Notes: generated from the sequence alone by a model not told the origin. Positions 38,954-48,395 are shown, numbered from the stretch's first letter. The stretch: 64,000 bases of DNA from an uncultured delta proteobacterium (GCA_963848565.1 CAWKEQ010000027.1:16323-80322); one strand, 5' to 3'. Made by a program: numbers and translations.

Positions 38954-39466
38954 ATTTCGAAGCAGCAAAGAGTGAGAATTAATGAGCAGGTCAGGGTTCC
39001 GGAGGTGCGACTCATCAGCGCCGACGGGGCACAGGTCGGCGTTATGCCCATCAAAGAGGCGTTAGCCATGGCAGCCGAGGCCCACCTGGACCTGGTGGAG
39101 GTTGCCCCCCAGGCCGCCCCGCCGGTTTGCCGCATCATGGATTACGGCAAATTCAAGTATGAGCAGAGCAAGAAACTCCAAGAAGCCCGGCGCAAGGCCA
39201 CTACGATCCAGGTGAAGGAAATCAAGGTCCGGCCCAAGATCGAAGAGCACGACATGAACTTCAAATTGAAGAATACCCGGCGCTTTTTGGGAGAGGGCGA
39301 CAAGGTCAAGATTTCGGTGATTTTTCGAGGCCGGGAGATCGCCCACACCGACCGCGGCTTTCGCCTGCTGACCCAGATGGCCGAAGCCCTGGCGGACGTG
39401 GGCACCGTGGAGTCGAATCCCAAGCTGGAAGGCCGGAATCTCTCCATGATCGTTACCCCCAAGTAG
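38954..39466 (+). CDS. infC: Translation initiation factor IF-3, probably with an ATT start codon
   Basis: RINEQVRVPEVRLISADG..., C-terminal domain KEIKVRPKIEEHD. The in-frame ATT at 38954 lies 8 nt after aggagg (38940-38945). The GTG at 38945 overlaps that SD. Confidence 0.85.
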   Translation: MSKQQRVRINEQVRVPEVRLISADGAQVGVMPIKEALAMAAEAHLDLVEVAPQAAPPVCRIMDYGKFKYEQSKKLQEARRKATTIQVKEIKVRPKIEEHDMNFKLKNTRRFLGEGDKVKISVIFRGREIAHTDRGFRLLTQMAEALADVGTVESNPKLEGRNLSMIVTPK

Positions 39467-39540
39467 TCCTGAGCCAGTTCCGTTGTCGTTGCGGATCCAC
39501 TGTCCAAGTGGTCTGGGGAAAGGATTTTTTTGCCGACATA

Positions 39541-39569
39541 TTGTTAAAATGTGATGAATAGAGTATAAA
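39541..39569 (+). promoter_or_regulatory. Sigma-70-type promoter upstream of rpmI-rplT
   Basis: TTGTTA, 17 nt, TATAAA, in an AT-rich patch of the infC-rpmI spacer. Confidence 0.5.
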
Positions 39570-39621
39570 ATATAAGTTTAGCGGTTAGCGGCATCTCAGC
39601 TCAAGGAATCGGATAATCCAC

Positions 39622-39644
39622 CCGGCCGCCTGTCTGGCGGCCGG
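39622..39644 (+). promoter_or_regulatory. Strong leader hairpin ahead of rpmI (candidate L20 operator element)
   Basis: ccggccgcc-tgtct-ggcggccgg, a 9-bp GC stem 17 nt before the rpmI SD. Confidence 0.4.
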
Positions 39645-39671
39645 CAGTGTTAGCACCACGTGAGGTTAACC

Positions 39672-39869
39672 ATGCCCAAGATGAAAACCCATCGGGGGGC
39701 AGCCAAACGCTTCAAGGCCACCGGCAAAGGCCGGCTGAAGCACAAGCAGCCCTACACCAGCCACATTCTGACCAGCAAGACCGCCAAGCGCAAGCGGCAA
39801 CTGCGGCAGGGGGCCTATGTGTCCCTCGCCGAGACCAAATGCCTCAGGGTCCTGCTGCCTTATCTTTGA
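39672..39869 (+). CDS. rpmI: 50S ribosomal protein L35
   Basis: [23 protein letters not shown]; SD gaggt 5 nt upstream. Confidence 0.95.
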   Translation: MPKMKTHRGAAKRFKATGKGRLKHKQPYTSHILTSKTAKRKRQLRQGAYVSLAETKCLRVLLPYL

Positions 39870-39884
39870 GATTAGGAGTACGTT

Positions 39885-40238
39885 ATGCCACGCGTCAAGA
39901 AAAGCGTAGCCTCAAGGGCACGCCGGAAAAAATGGCTAGGAATGGCCAAGGGGTTCCGCAGCGGCCGGCGCCGGCTCTACCGGTCGGCTCGGGAGGCCGT
40001 GGAACGCGCTTTGACCTTTGCCTACCGGGACCGCAAGGTACGGAAGCGGGAATTCCGCGCCCTGTGGATCGTTCGCATTAACGCCGCCCTTCGGCCCCTG
40101 GGCATGTCCTACAGCAAATTCATCGGCGGGCTGAAAAAGGCCGAGATCGACCTGGACCGCAAGGTCCTGGCCGACATGGCGATCTTCGACCCCGAGGGCT
40201 TCGCCAAGGTGGCCGACCTCTCTCGCCAGTCGCTGTAA
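39885..40238 (+). CDS. rplT: 50S ribosomal protein L20
   Basis: [16 protein letters not shown]...[24 protein letters not shown]. Confidence 0.95.
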   Translation: MPRVKKSVASRARRKKWLGMAKGFRSGRRRLYRSAREAVERALTFAYRDRKVRKREFRALWIVRINAALRPLGMSYSKFIGGLKKAEIDLDRKVLADMAIFDPEGFAKVADLSRQSL

Positions 40239-40312
40239 AGGGAGTTTCCGGTTTTTGGTTGGTGGCGCGGGCGTCTCGCCGGCGCGGCCTTTGGGCCCAG
40301 GATGAGCCCGTC

Positions 40313-40373
40313 GTCATGCTAAGCGAAGCGAAGTATCTCTATTCTTCACTTCGCTTTGCTTCGTTAGAATGAC
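40313..40373. repeat. GTCATxCTxAGCGAAGCGAAG palindromic element (same family as the inner arms at 3672-3743)
   Basis: gtcatgctaagcgaagcgaagt ... acttcgctttgcttcgttagaatgac. Preceded by tttccggtttttggtt, which is related to the heptamer family. Confidence 0.8.
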
Positions 40374-40401
40374 AGGAAGACCCGAGAGGATACCACCCGG
40401 G

Positions 40402-41415
40402 ATGAGCATAGACCAGGTCAAAAGCCTCGAGAGCAGCGCCCTGCAAAACATCCGGGAGGCCCGGACCCCTGAGGAACTGGAACTGCTGCGGGTCAAATAT
40501 TTGGGCCGCAAAGGGGATTTGACCGGGATCCTGCGGAGTCTCGGGAAATTAGACCCAGAGGTGCGGCGGCAGGTCGGCCAGGAAGCCAACCGGGCCAAAG
40601 AGGCCCTGGAGGCAGCCCTGGATGAAGCCCTGGGCGCCCTGAAGGCCGCGGCCCGCCGGGCGGCGTCCCCCACCGTGGACGTCACCCTGCCGGGGCGGCG
40701 CCTCCCCCGGGGCCGGCTCCACCCGTTGAACCAAACCATGGCCGAGGTCTGCGACATCTTCCTCCACCTGGGCTTTGAGGCGGTGGAAGGCCCCGAGGTG
40801 GAACTGGACTGGTATAACTTCGAGGCCCTCAACCTGCCACCGGACCACCCGGCCCGGGACATGCAGGATACCTTTTACTTCAACGACCAGGTGCTGCTCC
40901 GGACCCACACCTCCCCCATGCAGATCCGCACCATGGAAGCCCGCCAGCCCCCGGTGCGCATCATCGCCCCGGGCAAGGTCTATCGCCGGGACTCGGACAT
41001 CACCCACTCCCCCATGTTTCACCAGGTGGAAGGCCTGCTGGTGGATAAGGGGGTGACCTTTGCCGACCTCAAGGGGGTCCTCACCGCCTTCGTGCACCAG
41101 ATGTTCGGCCCGGAGGTAGGGGTGCGCTTCCGGCCCAGCTATTTCCCCTTCACCGAACCCAGCGCCGAAGTGGACATCGAATGCGTCATGTGCGGCGGCC
41201 ACGGCTGCCGGGTCTGCCAGGCAACCGGCTGGCTCGAGGTCCTGGGCTCCGGCATGGTCCATCCCGCGGTCTTCGAGGCCGTGGGCTACGACCCGGAAAC
41301 CTACACCGGCTTCGCCTTCGGCCTGGGCATCGAACGCATCGCCATGCTGAAGTACGGCGTCGACGATATCCGCCTCTTCTTCGAAAACGACCTCAGATTC
41401 CTGCGACAATTCTAA
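40402..41415 (+). CDS. pheS: Phenylalanine--tRNA ligase alpha subunit
   Basis: Coiled-coil N-terminus and class II motifs ([51 protein letters not shown]). The alternative ATG at 40369 lies inside the repeat. Confidence 0.93.
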   Translation: MSIDQVKSLESSALQNIREARTPEELELLRVKYLGRKGDLTGILRSLGKLDPEVRRQVGQEANRAKEALEAALDEALGALKAAARRAASPTVDVTLPGRRLPRGRLHPLNQTMAEVCDIFLHLGFEAVEGPEVELDWYNFEALNLPPDHPARDMQDTFYFNDQVLLRTHTSPMQIRTMEARQPPVRIIAPGKVYRRDSDITHSPMFHQVEGLLVDKGVTFADLKGVLTAFVHQMFGPEVGVRFRPSYFPFTEPSAEVDIECVMCGGHGCRVCQATGWLEVLGSGMVHPAVFEAVGYDPETYTGFAFGLGIERIAMLKYGVDDIRLFFENDLRFLRQF

Positions 41416-41521
41416 GCTTGCCCGTGGCCGGCGGGCGCGCCTTTCTCCCCCGGGGTGTCTCAGAATCATTGACAATTCCCGGAGGGTGGGTCAATTCCGC
41501 TCATCCCTGGGCGAACGCTCT

Positions 41522-41692
41522 AGAGCGATTGCCAAAAGTTCTTTCCGATCCTTGAAATCCACAAATCCCCCCTAACCCCCCTTTAAAAAAGGGGGGAACT
41601 GCAAGGAATTGCTGTTAAAGTCCCCCTTTGAAAAAGGGGAATTTTGGGGGCTTTAAGAATCTCCAAGGGGAAAGAATTTATGGCAAACGCTC
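41522..41692. mobile_element. MITE-like element with 24-nt terminal inverted repeats and internal C-run/G-run hairpins
   Basis: The left end agagcgattgccaaaagttctttcc matches the reverse complement of the right end ggaaagaatttatggcaaacgctc at about 21 of 24 positions by eye. Internal hairpins: cccccctttaaaaaagggggg and tccccctttgaaaaagggga. No coding capacity. Confidence 0.65.
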
Positions 41693-41852
41693 GAAATCAG
41701 TTTTTAAGAACCGGTCAGATGTTTGGTTAGCCGGAAACTAGAATGATATCACGCTCCTGGGGATTTGCCTGGCGGCAGGGTGGGCGATGCCCACCCGGGT
41801 TGATTTTTAACCAAAATTTGGCGCCGCCTGAGAGGTAAGTGACAGGTTCGGT

Positions 41853-42227
41853 TTACAGCAGCTTGTCCTTCACCAGGTATTCCATGGACCGCTGGGCGTA
41901 GGTGGTCATGGTACTGACCATCCAGGTGAGGTGGGACTGGATGTCGGCGAACATGTTGGCATCCGCCATGCCGATGAGCCCGGTCATCACCGTCCGTACC
42001 CGGATCATTTCGGGGTCGCCGATTTGCGCCTGAACCAGGTTAATCTCCTGCTCCAGGCCCTTGAGAAATTCCACGAAGAGCCGGCCGGCGCCTTCCCGTT
42101 CCAGCCCCTCCATATGGGTTACCGTGTTGAGCAGGCGGGATGCGAGCAGGAGTTCCGCTTTCACCCGGTCGGCAAAGTGGAAGGTCAGGATCGCCTCTCG
42201 CCGGTTGGCCGGGAAATTTTCAGCCAT
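41853..42227 (-). CDS. Hypothetical protein (124 aa)
   Basis: ATG at 42227 preceded by aggagg with 7-nt spacing. Helical. I recognise no motif. Confidence 0.6.
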   Translation of the reverse strand: MAENFPANRREAILTFHFADRVKAELLLASRLLNTVTHMEGLEREGAGRLFVEFLKGLEQEINLVQAQIGDPEMIRVRTVMTGLIGMADANMFADIQSHLTWMVSTMTTYAQRSMEYLVKDKLL

Positions 42228-42545
42228 ATCGTCACCTCCTGTAAGGATGCCGTTTACCTTACCATATCTCACCTCGGCCCACAACCTGCGGCCTTGGCGG
42301 GCCCTGGGAGGCGGCCTTGGCGGCGCCTCGCCGCCAGGGCTGATCCGTTAGCGGTTGCGCGTCAAACCTTGAGCATTGAACGGGCGAAAAGATGAGGGGG
42401 GTGTCAGCCAACGAAGCCACCTCTCACCCCAACGCTCTCCCTCCGCAGGGGAGAGGGGGTTTTTCCTGCCTAGCGCTCTCAGACTGCGCCGCCTCCGGTT
42501 AAAGTCTCGAGGCACCATTTTTCGTTTTTATTCTGCCACCGCTCA

Positions 42546-42561
42546 CGCAAAATCTCTGCCG
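42546..42561 (-). promoter_or_regulatory. Candidate sigma-54 promoter (minus strand CGGCAGAGATTTTGCG)
   Basis: The GG and GC elements have the canonical 10-nt separation and the TTGC is intact. Lies downstream of the sigma-54 activator gene and about 300 nt upstream of 41853..42227. Confidence 0.35.
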
Positions 42562-42568
42562 GACCCTC

Positions 42569-42692
42569 CTCCCCCAACCCCCCTTGAGAAAAGGGGGGAA
42601 CGATTAAGAATTGCTGCTAAAGTTCACCTTTGAAAAAGGGGGATTTAGGGGATTTAAGCATCTCCAAGTGGAAAGAATTTATGGCAAACGCG
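42569..42692. repeat. Partial copy (right portion plus right terminal repeat) of the MITE-like element at 41522
   Basis: Colinear with 41570-41692 (…gggggaacgattaagaattgctgctaaagt…ggaaagaatttatggcaaacgcg). No left terminal repeat. Confidence 0.7.
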
Positions 42693-42790
42693 ATAAATGG
42701 GACCATTTGTATAATTCATGGTGAACGCAAAAGGTCAGGATGCCGCGCCCAGGCCGGCCAAAGGGCCTGCCGCAGAGATCTCGGCTGGTA

Positions 42791-44224
42791 TTACGGAGCC
42801 GATTTCCTGAGGGTTTTCTCGGACTGGGGGGCGAAGTCGGGGGTGGAAGGAATGTTTTGCTTCTTCATCTTTTCCAGCAGGGTGGTGCGGTTGAGGTGGA
42901 GGAGTTTTGCCGCCCGGCTTTTCACCCAGTTGCTCTGGTGCAGGGCCCTGAGGATCAGGTCCTGTTCGAAGGCCTGGACCACTTCGGTAAACAGGATGCC
43001 GTGCTCGGAAAATTGCCCTGCCTCCAGGTGAGGTGCGAGGATGAGGCGCTGAAACCTATCGGGCAGGTCGGATACTTCAATGACCTCGCCTTCGGTGAGT
43101 ATGACCAGACGTTCTATGAGGTTTTCCAGTTCCCGGACGTTCCCGGGCCAGGGGTGCTGCCGGAGGAGGTTCATGGCCGGTGGGCTGACCCGCTTGAGGG
43201 GCTTTTTCTTGGTCCGGCTGAAGAGCTGCAGGAAGTGTTGGACCAGCAGCGGGATGTCGGCGACCCGCTCCCGGAGCGGCGGCACGTGGATGGGGATGAC
43301 GTTGAGGCGGTAGAAGAGGTCTTCCCGGAACCGGTTCTGGCGTACCAGCTCTTCCAGGTCCCGGTTGGTGGCGGCGATTACCCGGATATCCACCCGCAGG
43401 GTCTTGATGCCGCCGATTCTTTCGAAGGAGTGGTCCTGCAAAACCCGGAGGATCTTCACCTGGAGACCGGGGCTCATCTCGGAGATTTCGTCCAAAAAGA
43501 TGGTGCCGCGGTTGGCCAGTTCAAAGCGGCCGATGCGGGTGCGCACCGCGTGGGTAAAGGCGCCCCGTTCATGCCCGAAGAGCTCGCTTTCCAGCAATTC
43601 TTCGGGAATAGCGGCGCAGTTGACCGGAATTAGGGGGCCTTCCCGCCGGACGCTGTTATAATGAATGGCATGGGCGATGAGCTCCTTGCCGGTCCCGGAT
43701 TCGCCCAGGATCAGGACGTTGCTGTCAGTGTCCGCCACCTTGCGGATCAGGTCGAAGACCCGGGTGATTTCGTCGCTGGTCCCGACCATGTTGGCGAAGC
43801 CGTACCGGCGATGGAGCTGTCGCTTGAGGTGCAGATTTTCCCATTTCAGGCGGCGATGTTCCAGGGCCCGGGCCACCACCAGACGGAGTTCGGTGGGGTC
43901 CACGGGTTTGGTAAAGTAATCATAGGCCCCCTGGTGCATGGCGGATACCGCGCTGGCGATGGTGCCGTAGCCCGTGATGATGATGCAGGGGCACGCCGGC
44001 ACCTCCCGTTGCAGATATTTCAGCAGTTCCATGCCGTCCAGGCCGGGTAGGGCCAGGTCACTCAACACCAGGTCAAAGGCCTGTTCCTTCAAGGAACGCA
44101 GGCCGCTCTCCCCATCGGCGGCGGTCGTAACCTCGTAGCCTTCTGCCTCCAGGATTTCTTTGAGGCTTTGGAGCAAAGCCGGATCGTCATCCACCACCAG
44201 GATGGAAGCGTTATCCCGTTTCAT
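42791..44224 (-). CDS. Sigma-54-dependent response regulator (NtrC/Fis family)
   Basis: REC (ILVVDDDP...DLVLSDLALPGLDG), AAA+ with GESGTGKE and GAFTHA (GAFTGA variant), ESELFGHERGAF, and a C-terminal Fis-type HTH. Confidence 0.92.
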   Translation of the reverse strand: MKRDNASILVVDDDPALLQSLKEILEAEGYEVTTAADGESGLRSLKEQAFDLVLSDLALPGLDGMELLKYLQREVPACPCIIITGYGTIASAVSAMHQGAYDYFTKPVDPTELRLVVARALEHRRLKWENLHLKRQLHRRYGFANMVGTSDEITRVFDLIRKVADTDSNVLILGESGTGKELIAHAIHYNSVRREGPLIPVNCAAIPEELLESELFGHERGAFTHAVRTRIGRFELANRGTIFLDEISEMSPGLQVKILRVLQDHSFERIGGIKTLRVDIRVIAATNRDLEELVRQNRFREDLFYRLNVIPIHVPPLRERVADIPLLVQHFLQLFSRTKKKPLKRVSPPAMNLLRQHPWPGNVRELENLIERLVILTEGEVIEVSDLPDRFQRLILAPHLEAGQFSEHGILFTEVVQAFEQDLILRALHQSNWVKSRAAKLLHLNRTTLLEKMKKQNIPSTPDFAPQSEKTLRKSAP

Positions 44225-44384
44225 GAACAATCTCCCTCGAATATTTAAGGAATACCGCAAAGTGTCGATAATGTCAATATAATGACAGGGTGCAACCTCC
44301 CGATTGATAAGGCCCCCGGGAAAAAGGTTGACTTCGAAAAATTAATATTGTTATGCTTTGATAACTTTAGAGCGAGGAGAACTG

Positions 44385-44963
44385 GTGCTTGCGACTTTAG
44401 CTGTAGTTTTGTGGGCTTATGGGATGTACGCCCTGTTTTCCTATATTTTTCATCGCAAGGGCGGTCAAGTCCGCAGTCAAGTCCGCAACCGGAGCCCCTG
44501 GCGCAAGCTCGGCCGGCTTATCCTGGTGGGCGGGGTCACCGCCGGGGTGGGGCTGATTTTCTGGTGCTGCCTCTACCCCGATAAGCAAGATCAGCGGCTG
44601 AAGCTCGCCGGTTTCCTGGGGACCGTGTATGCCGAGGGGTGGCCGGACCGGGTGGATCGTCCCAAAGATCCGCCGGTCAAAAGCCCGAACCCGGGGACAT
44701 CGGAACAGCCGGCTTATGCCCTGCTGCATCCGGAGACCCCGGCTAGTCAGGTAGAGACGGAAAAGAAGCTGCCCCGCCCCAGACCGAGCCGGGTGGTCTC
44801 CAAGGGGTCATCGGCAGCCCCCCGGGATAAGGCCGGCAAAAGCGCCAAGGCCGCCAAAGCCCCGGCCGCGCCGTCCAAAAAGGAAAAAATAGCCGCCAAG
44901 AGCCGCGCCAAGAAAAAGAACCGGTCTTCTGCCCCGGCGGGCAGGCGGGCCGATGCCGGTTAG
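44385..44963 (+). CDS. 2-TM membrane protein with Lys/Ala/Pro-rich basic C-terminal tail
   Basis: Likely GTG at 44385 after gaggag. TM segments LATLAVVLWAYGMYALFSYIF and LILVGGVTAGVGLIFWCCL. Tail: KAGKSAKAAKAPAAPSKKEKIAAKSRAKKKNR. Confidence 0.55.
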   Translation: MLATLAVVLWAYGMYALFSYIFHRKGGQVRSQVRNRSPWRKLGRLILVGGVTAGVGLIFWCCLYPDKQDQRLKLAGFLGTVYAEGWPDRVDRPKDPPVKSPNPGTSEQPAYALLHPETPASQVETEKKLPRPRPSRVVSKGSSAAPRDKAGKSAKAAKAPAAPSKKEKIAAKSRAKKKNRSSAPAGRRADAG

Positions 44964-45107
44964 GACCCCGGGGGCCGCGGCCCGGCTCCAAAGTGACCCA
45001 CATCCGCTGTGATCCGCCACGAACCCAGACACCTGAAAACTTTTGCCGCTACGGCCTGGAAGCGGGGCCTACGGCTGCTGCCGTACCTCCTGCCCGCGGG
45101 GTAACCG

Positions 45108-46700
45108 TTGCCCCAGGAGCCAGCCAGCCAAACCGGAACCATCGCCCGGGCCGCGGGGACGGTCAGCGTTGCGGTCCTTGCCAGCCGGATTCTGGGGCTG
45201 GTGCGCGAACAAGTCTTTGCCGGACTTTTTGGCGCGGGCTATGCTTTTGATGCCTTCGTCGTTGCCTTCCGGGTTCCCAACCTGCTGCGTGACCTGTTTG
45301 CCGAAGGGGCCCTGAGTTCCGCTTTCGTCACCGTTTTCACCGATTACGACCAGCGTCTGGGGCCGGAGAAGACGTGGCAACTGGCCAATAATGTGGTCTT
45401 TTGCTTCACTCTGCTCCTGAGCCTGCTGGTCATGGCGGGCATGTGGTTTTCGCCGGATATTGTGGGGGTCATGGCCCCGGATTTCGGCACGGTCCCGGGG
45501 AAGCTGGAACTCACCATCCTGATGACCAGGATCATGTTTCCCTTCCTTATCCTGGTATCCCTGGCGGCCCTGGTCATGGGTGTCCTCAACAGCAAGGGGA
45601 AGTTTTTTGTTCCCTCGCTGGCCTCCAGTTTTTTCAACCTGGGCGCCGTCGTCGCCGGCGTGGGTCTGAGCCTGGTGGCCCCCCGGTTCGGGGTGGCGCC
45701 CATCGTCGGCATGGCCTGGGGCACCCTGGTGGGGGGCTTGCTGCAAGTGGCGGTCCAGTTGCCGCTGTTGTGGCGGGTGGGGTTCAAGCTGAGCTTCGCC
45801 CTTAATCTCAGGGAGCCGGGACTCCTGCGGATCATCAAGTTGATGCTGCCCGCGGTGGTGGGCCTTTCCGCCACGCAAATCAATATCTTCATCAACACCT
45901 TCTATGCCTCGAGTTGCCCCCAGGGCAGCGTTTCCTGGCTCAGTTACGCCTACCGGCTGTTCCATCTGCCCATGGGGCTGTTTGGCGTGGCCCTGATGGT
46001 GGCCACCTTGCCGGTGGTCTCCCGCCACGCGGCCAACAAGGACCTGACCGCCCTCCGGGAAGCCCTGCGATCTTCCCTGTCCCTGGCCATCCTGGTTACC
46101 CTGCCGGCGGCCTGCGGCTTGATCTTCCTGGCCCATCCCATCATCGGGCTCATCTATCAGCATGGCCTGTTCACGGCCCTGGATACCCAACAGACGGCCG
46201 CGGCCCTGGAGCTCTACGCCCTGGGGCTGGTGGCCTTTGCCGGGGTCAAGATCATCGTGCCGGTTTATTATGCCCTGGATGACACCCGGATCCCGGTGCT
46301 GGGCTCCTTTGTGACGGTGGCCGCCAACCTCTTCATTATCCACCTCACCCTGGCCACCCTGCAGCACCGGGCCATCGCCCTCTCCACCTCTTTGAGCCTG
46401 ATCCTGAACTTTTTCTTCCTGGCGGCGGTGCTCTACCGCAAGCTGTCGGGTTTTAAGGTGCGTCCTCTCTTCCTGACGTTGGTCAAAGTGGCCGGGGCCA
46501 GTGTGATAATGGGGCTGGCCGTTGGCTGGCTTCACCCCCGGGCCATCGCCTGGTTGGGGTCCGGCTTGGGGGGGCAGGCCCTGGGCCTGGTCGTGGTGAT
46601 CGGCATCGGCATGGGTCTCTATGTGGCCATGGTATCGCAATTACAAATTCCGGAATTCCAGGAGTTGATGCGGCATGTGCGCAGCAAACTCTCCCGTTGA
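45108..46700 (+). CDS. murJ: Lipid II flippase MurJ (MviN)
   Basis: SVAVLASRILGLVREQVFAGLFGAG..DAFVVAFRVPNLLRDLFAEGALSSAFV, about 14 TM. Start codon uncertain (TTG). Confidence 0.9.
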   Translation: MPQEPASQTGTIARAAGTVSVAVLASRILGLVREQVFAGLFGAGYAFDAFVVAFRVPNLLRDLFAEGALSSAFVTVFTDYDQRLGPEKTWQLANNVVFCFTLLLSLLVMAGMWFSPDIVGVMAPDFGTVPGKLELTILMTRIMFPFLILVSLAALVMGVLNSKGKFFVPSLASSFFNLGAVVAGVGLSLVAPRFGVAPIVGMAWGTLVGGLLQVAVQLPLLWRVGFKLSFALNLREPGLLRIIKLMLPAVVGLSATQINIFINTFYASSCPQGSVSWLSYAYRLFHLPMGLFGVALMVATLPVVSRHAANKDLTALREALRSSLSLAILVTLPAACGLIFLAHPIIGLIYQHGLFTALDTQQTAAALELYALGLVAFAGVKIIVPVYYALDDTRIPVLGSFVTVAANLFIIHLTLATLQHRAIALSTSLSLILNFFFLAAVLYRKLSGFKVRPLFLTLVKVAGASVIMGLAVGWLHPRAIAWLGSGLGGQALGLVVVIGIGMGLYVAMVSQLQIPEFQELMRHVRSKLSR

Positions 46701-46818
46701 GGCCGGTCTCCCGGCGCCAACCAGCGGCGAGGCCCGGTGGACGCCGGTGGCGAACCGGTTTCTCAACGATCTCGGGTTCTCCGGGACCATGCCGCGACCT
46801 TAAGTGAGGAGGTTCTCC

Positions 46819-47452
46819 ATGGAGCCAGCCGAGCGCATCGGCCCCATCTTGAAGCTGCTGGACGAGTATTACCCCGAGGCCCACTGCACCCTGGATTTCC
46901 GCAACCCCCTGGAATTGCTGGTGGCCACGGTGCTCTCGGCCCAGTGCACCGACGTTCGGGTCAACCAGGTGACCCCGGCTTTATTCAAGGAGTATCCCAG
47001 CGCGGCCCATTACGCCAGGGCCGACCTTACGAACCTGGAGCAGGCCATCTACACCACCGGCTTCTACCGTCAGAAGGCCAAGAGCCTCAAGGCCCTCTGC
47101 CGCGGTTCTGGTCGAAAAATTCGGCGGCCAGGTGCCGGCCTCACTGGATGACCTGGTCAAACTGCCGGGGATCGGCCGCAAGACGGCCAACGTCATTCTG
47201 GGCAACGCCTTCGATACCCCGGGTCTCGTAGTGGACACCCACATGAGCCGGGTGGCCCAGCGCCTGGGGCTCACCCGTCAAAAGGACCCGGTAAAGATTG
47301 AATTCGACCTGATGCCTTTGGTGCCCCGGGAGCGCTGGGTAAAATTTTCGCATCAGATGATCGCGCATGGGCGCCGGACCTGCTCGGCCAAAAAACCCGA
47401 TTGCCCCCACTGCCCTTTACGGCCCTTTTGCGATTACGGGACCCGGGTTTGA
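46819..47452 (+). CDS. nth: Endonuclease III; apparent 1-nt insertion at about 47104
   Basis: N-terminus (LVATVLSAQCTDVRVN..GFYRQKAKSLKALCR) in one frame. VLVEKFGGQVPASLDDLVKLPGIGRKTANVILGNAF (HhH-GPD) and the Fe-S cluster C-x6-C-x2-C-x5-C in the next frame. Confidence 0.9.
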
Positions 47453-47463
47453 AGCCAGGCGGC

Positions 47464-47492
47464 TTGACACGCCGGCTGATTCATGGCATAAG
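47464..47492 (+). promoter_or_regulatory. Sigma-70-type promoter
   Basis: TTGACA, 17 nt, CATAAG. An RBS gggggagg and the ATG at 47520 follow. Confidence 0.4.
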
Positions 47493-47519
47493 ACGAAAAA
47501 CAGGGGGAGGTCTGAAACC

Positions 47520-47936
47520 ATGCAGAGGCAACGACGGCTCAAACTGGCGGCGGTCCTGGTGGCCATGACAATGGCGGCGGGTTGCGCCGCGACCTTGCTC
47601 ATGGGTCTGGGCGGCCTGACGGCCCTGGGGACGTATAAGTGGGTGGAAGGCACCATGGAAAAGGACTATCCCCGGCCCATGCAGGAAACCTATAACGCCG
47701 CCATGGAAGCCGCAAAACAGCTGAACATCAAGATCACCGGGGATCAATACGGCCCCTCGGAGTCCCGGATCAATGGGTTGACCCAGGACGGCACCGCGGT
47801 CAAGGTTGAACTGGTCTCCCGGCCCAACGAGATCACCACCGTCAAGATCCGCTTCGGCATGATGGGCAACGCCGACTGGTCGGCCTATTACCACCGCCAG
47901 ATCATGAGAATCTTGCGCATTCCGGACCAGCCGTAA
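47520..47936 (+). CDS. Lipoprotein, function unknown
   Basis: MQRQRRLKLAAVLVAMTMAAGC lipobox. The longer ORF start overlaps nth. Confidence 0.7.
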   Translation: MQRQRRLKLAAVLVAMTMAAGCAATLLMGLGGLTALGTYKWVEGTMEKDYPRPMQETYNAAMEAAKQLNIKITGDQYGPSESRINGLTQDGTAVKVELVSRPNEITTVKIRFGMMGNADWSAYYHRQIMRILRIPDQP

Positions 47937-48304
47937 AGGCGGGGGCCAACCACCAAGCCGCAGGGGAGGGGAGGGGGCCTGAACCCGGCCGCCCTCCGGC
48001 CCCTTTCCAGTTCAGCCGGGCCGGAAGCTAAAACTTCCGGCCTGGTCTTTGAGAGTTTTTCCGAGTTTATCCCGAGATTATCAAGGCCGGAGCAGGGACG
48101 TGAGGTATCATGTTCCGATTGGCTGGCGCCTCGCCGGATTCCCGTCCATCTCCAGGCCGCGGTGGCGCCCCGGGGGGTCGCCCCCGGGGCGCGAGCGCGG
48201 CCGGTTGGTAATTCTCCCCGCACCTGCCCGGGAGAGCAGCCTTTATACCGGGTTGCGCTCAAAAGGCAATTATTTGCCGACCCAGGCTTGACCGTGAAAC
48301 TTCA

Positions 48305-48395
48305 AATCCCCCCAAGTCCCTCTTTAAAAAGGGGGACTGTAAGGAAGCCGCAGTCTTTCTCCCCTTTTCTAAAGGGGGGGGAAGGGGATTTTTCT
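48305..48395. repeat. Copy of the C-run/G-run hairpin repeat family
   Basis: gtccctctttaaaaagggggac and tccccttttctaaagggggggga. Confidence 0.7.

Noticed and set aside
15097-48395. Possible CRISPR array formed by the recurring C-run/G-run hairpin elements
   Set aside because: The copies are kilobases apart, differ in length and sequence, are not separated by uniform spacers, and no cas genes are present. They behave as dispersed REP/MITE-like repeats.
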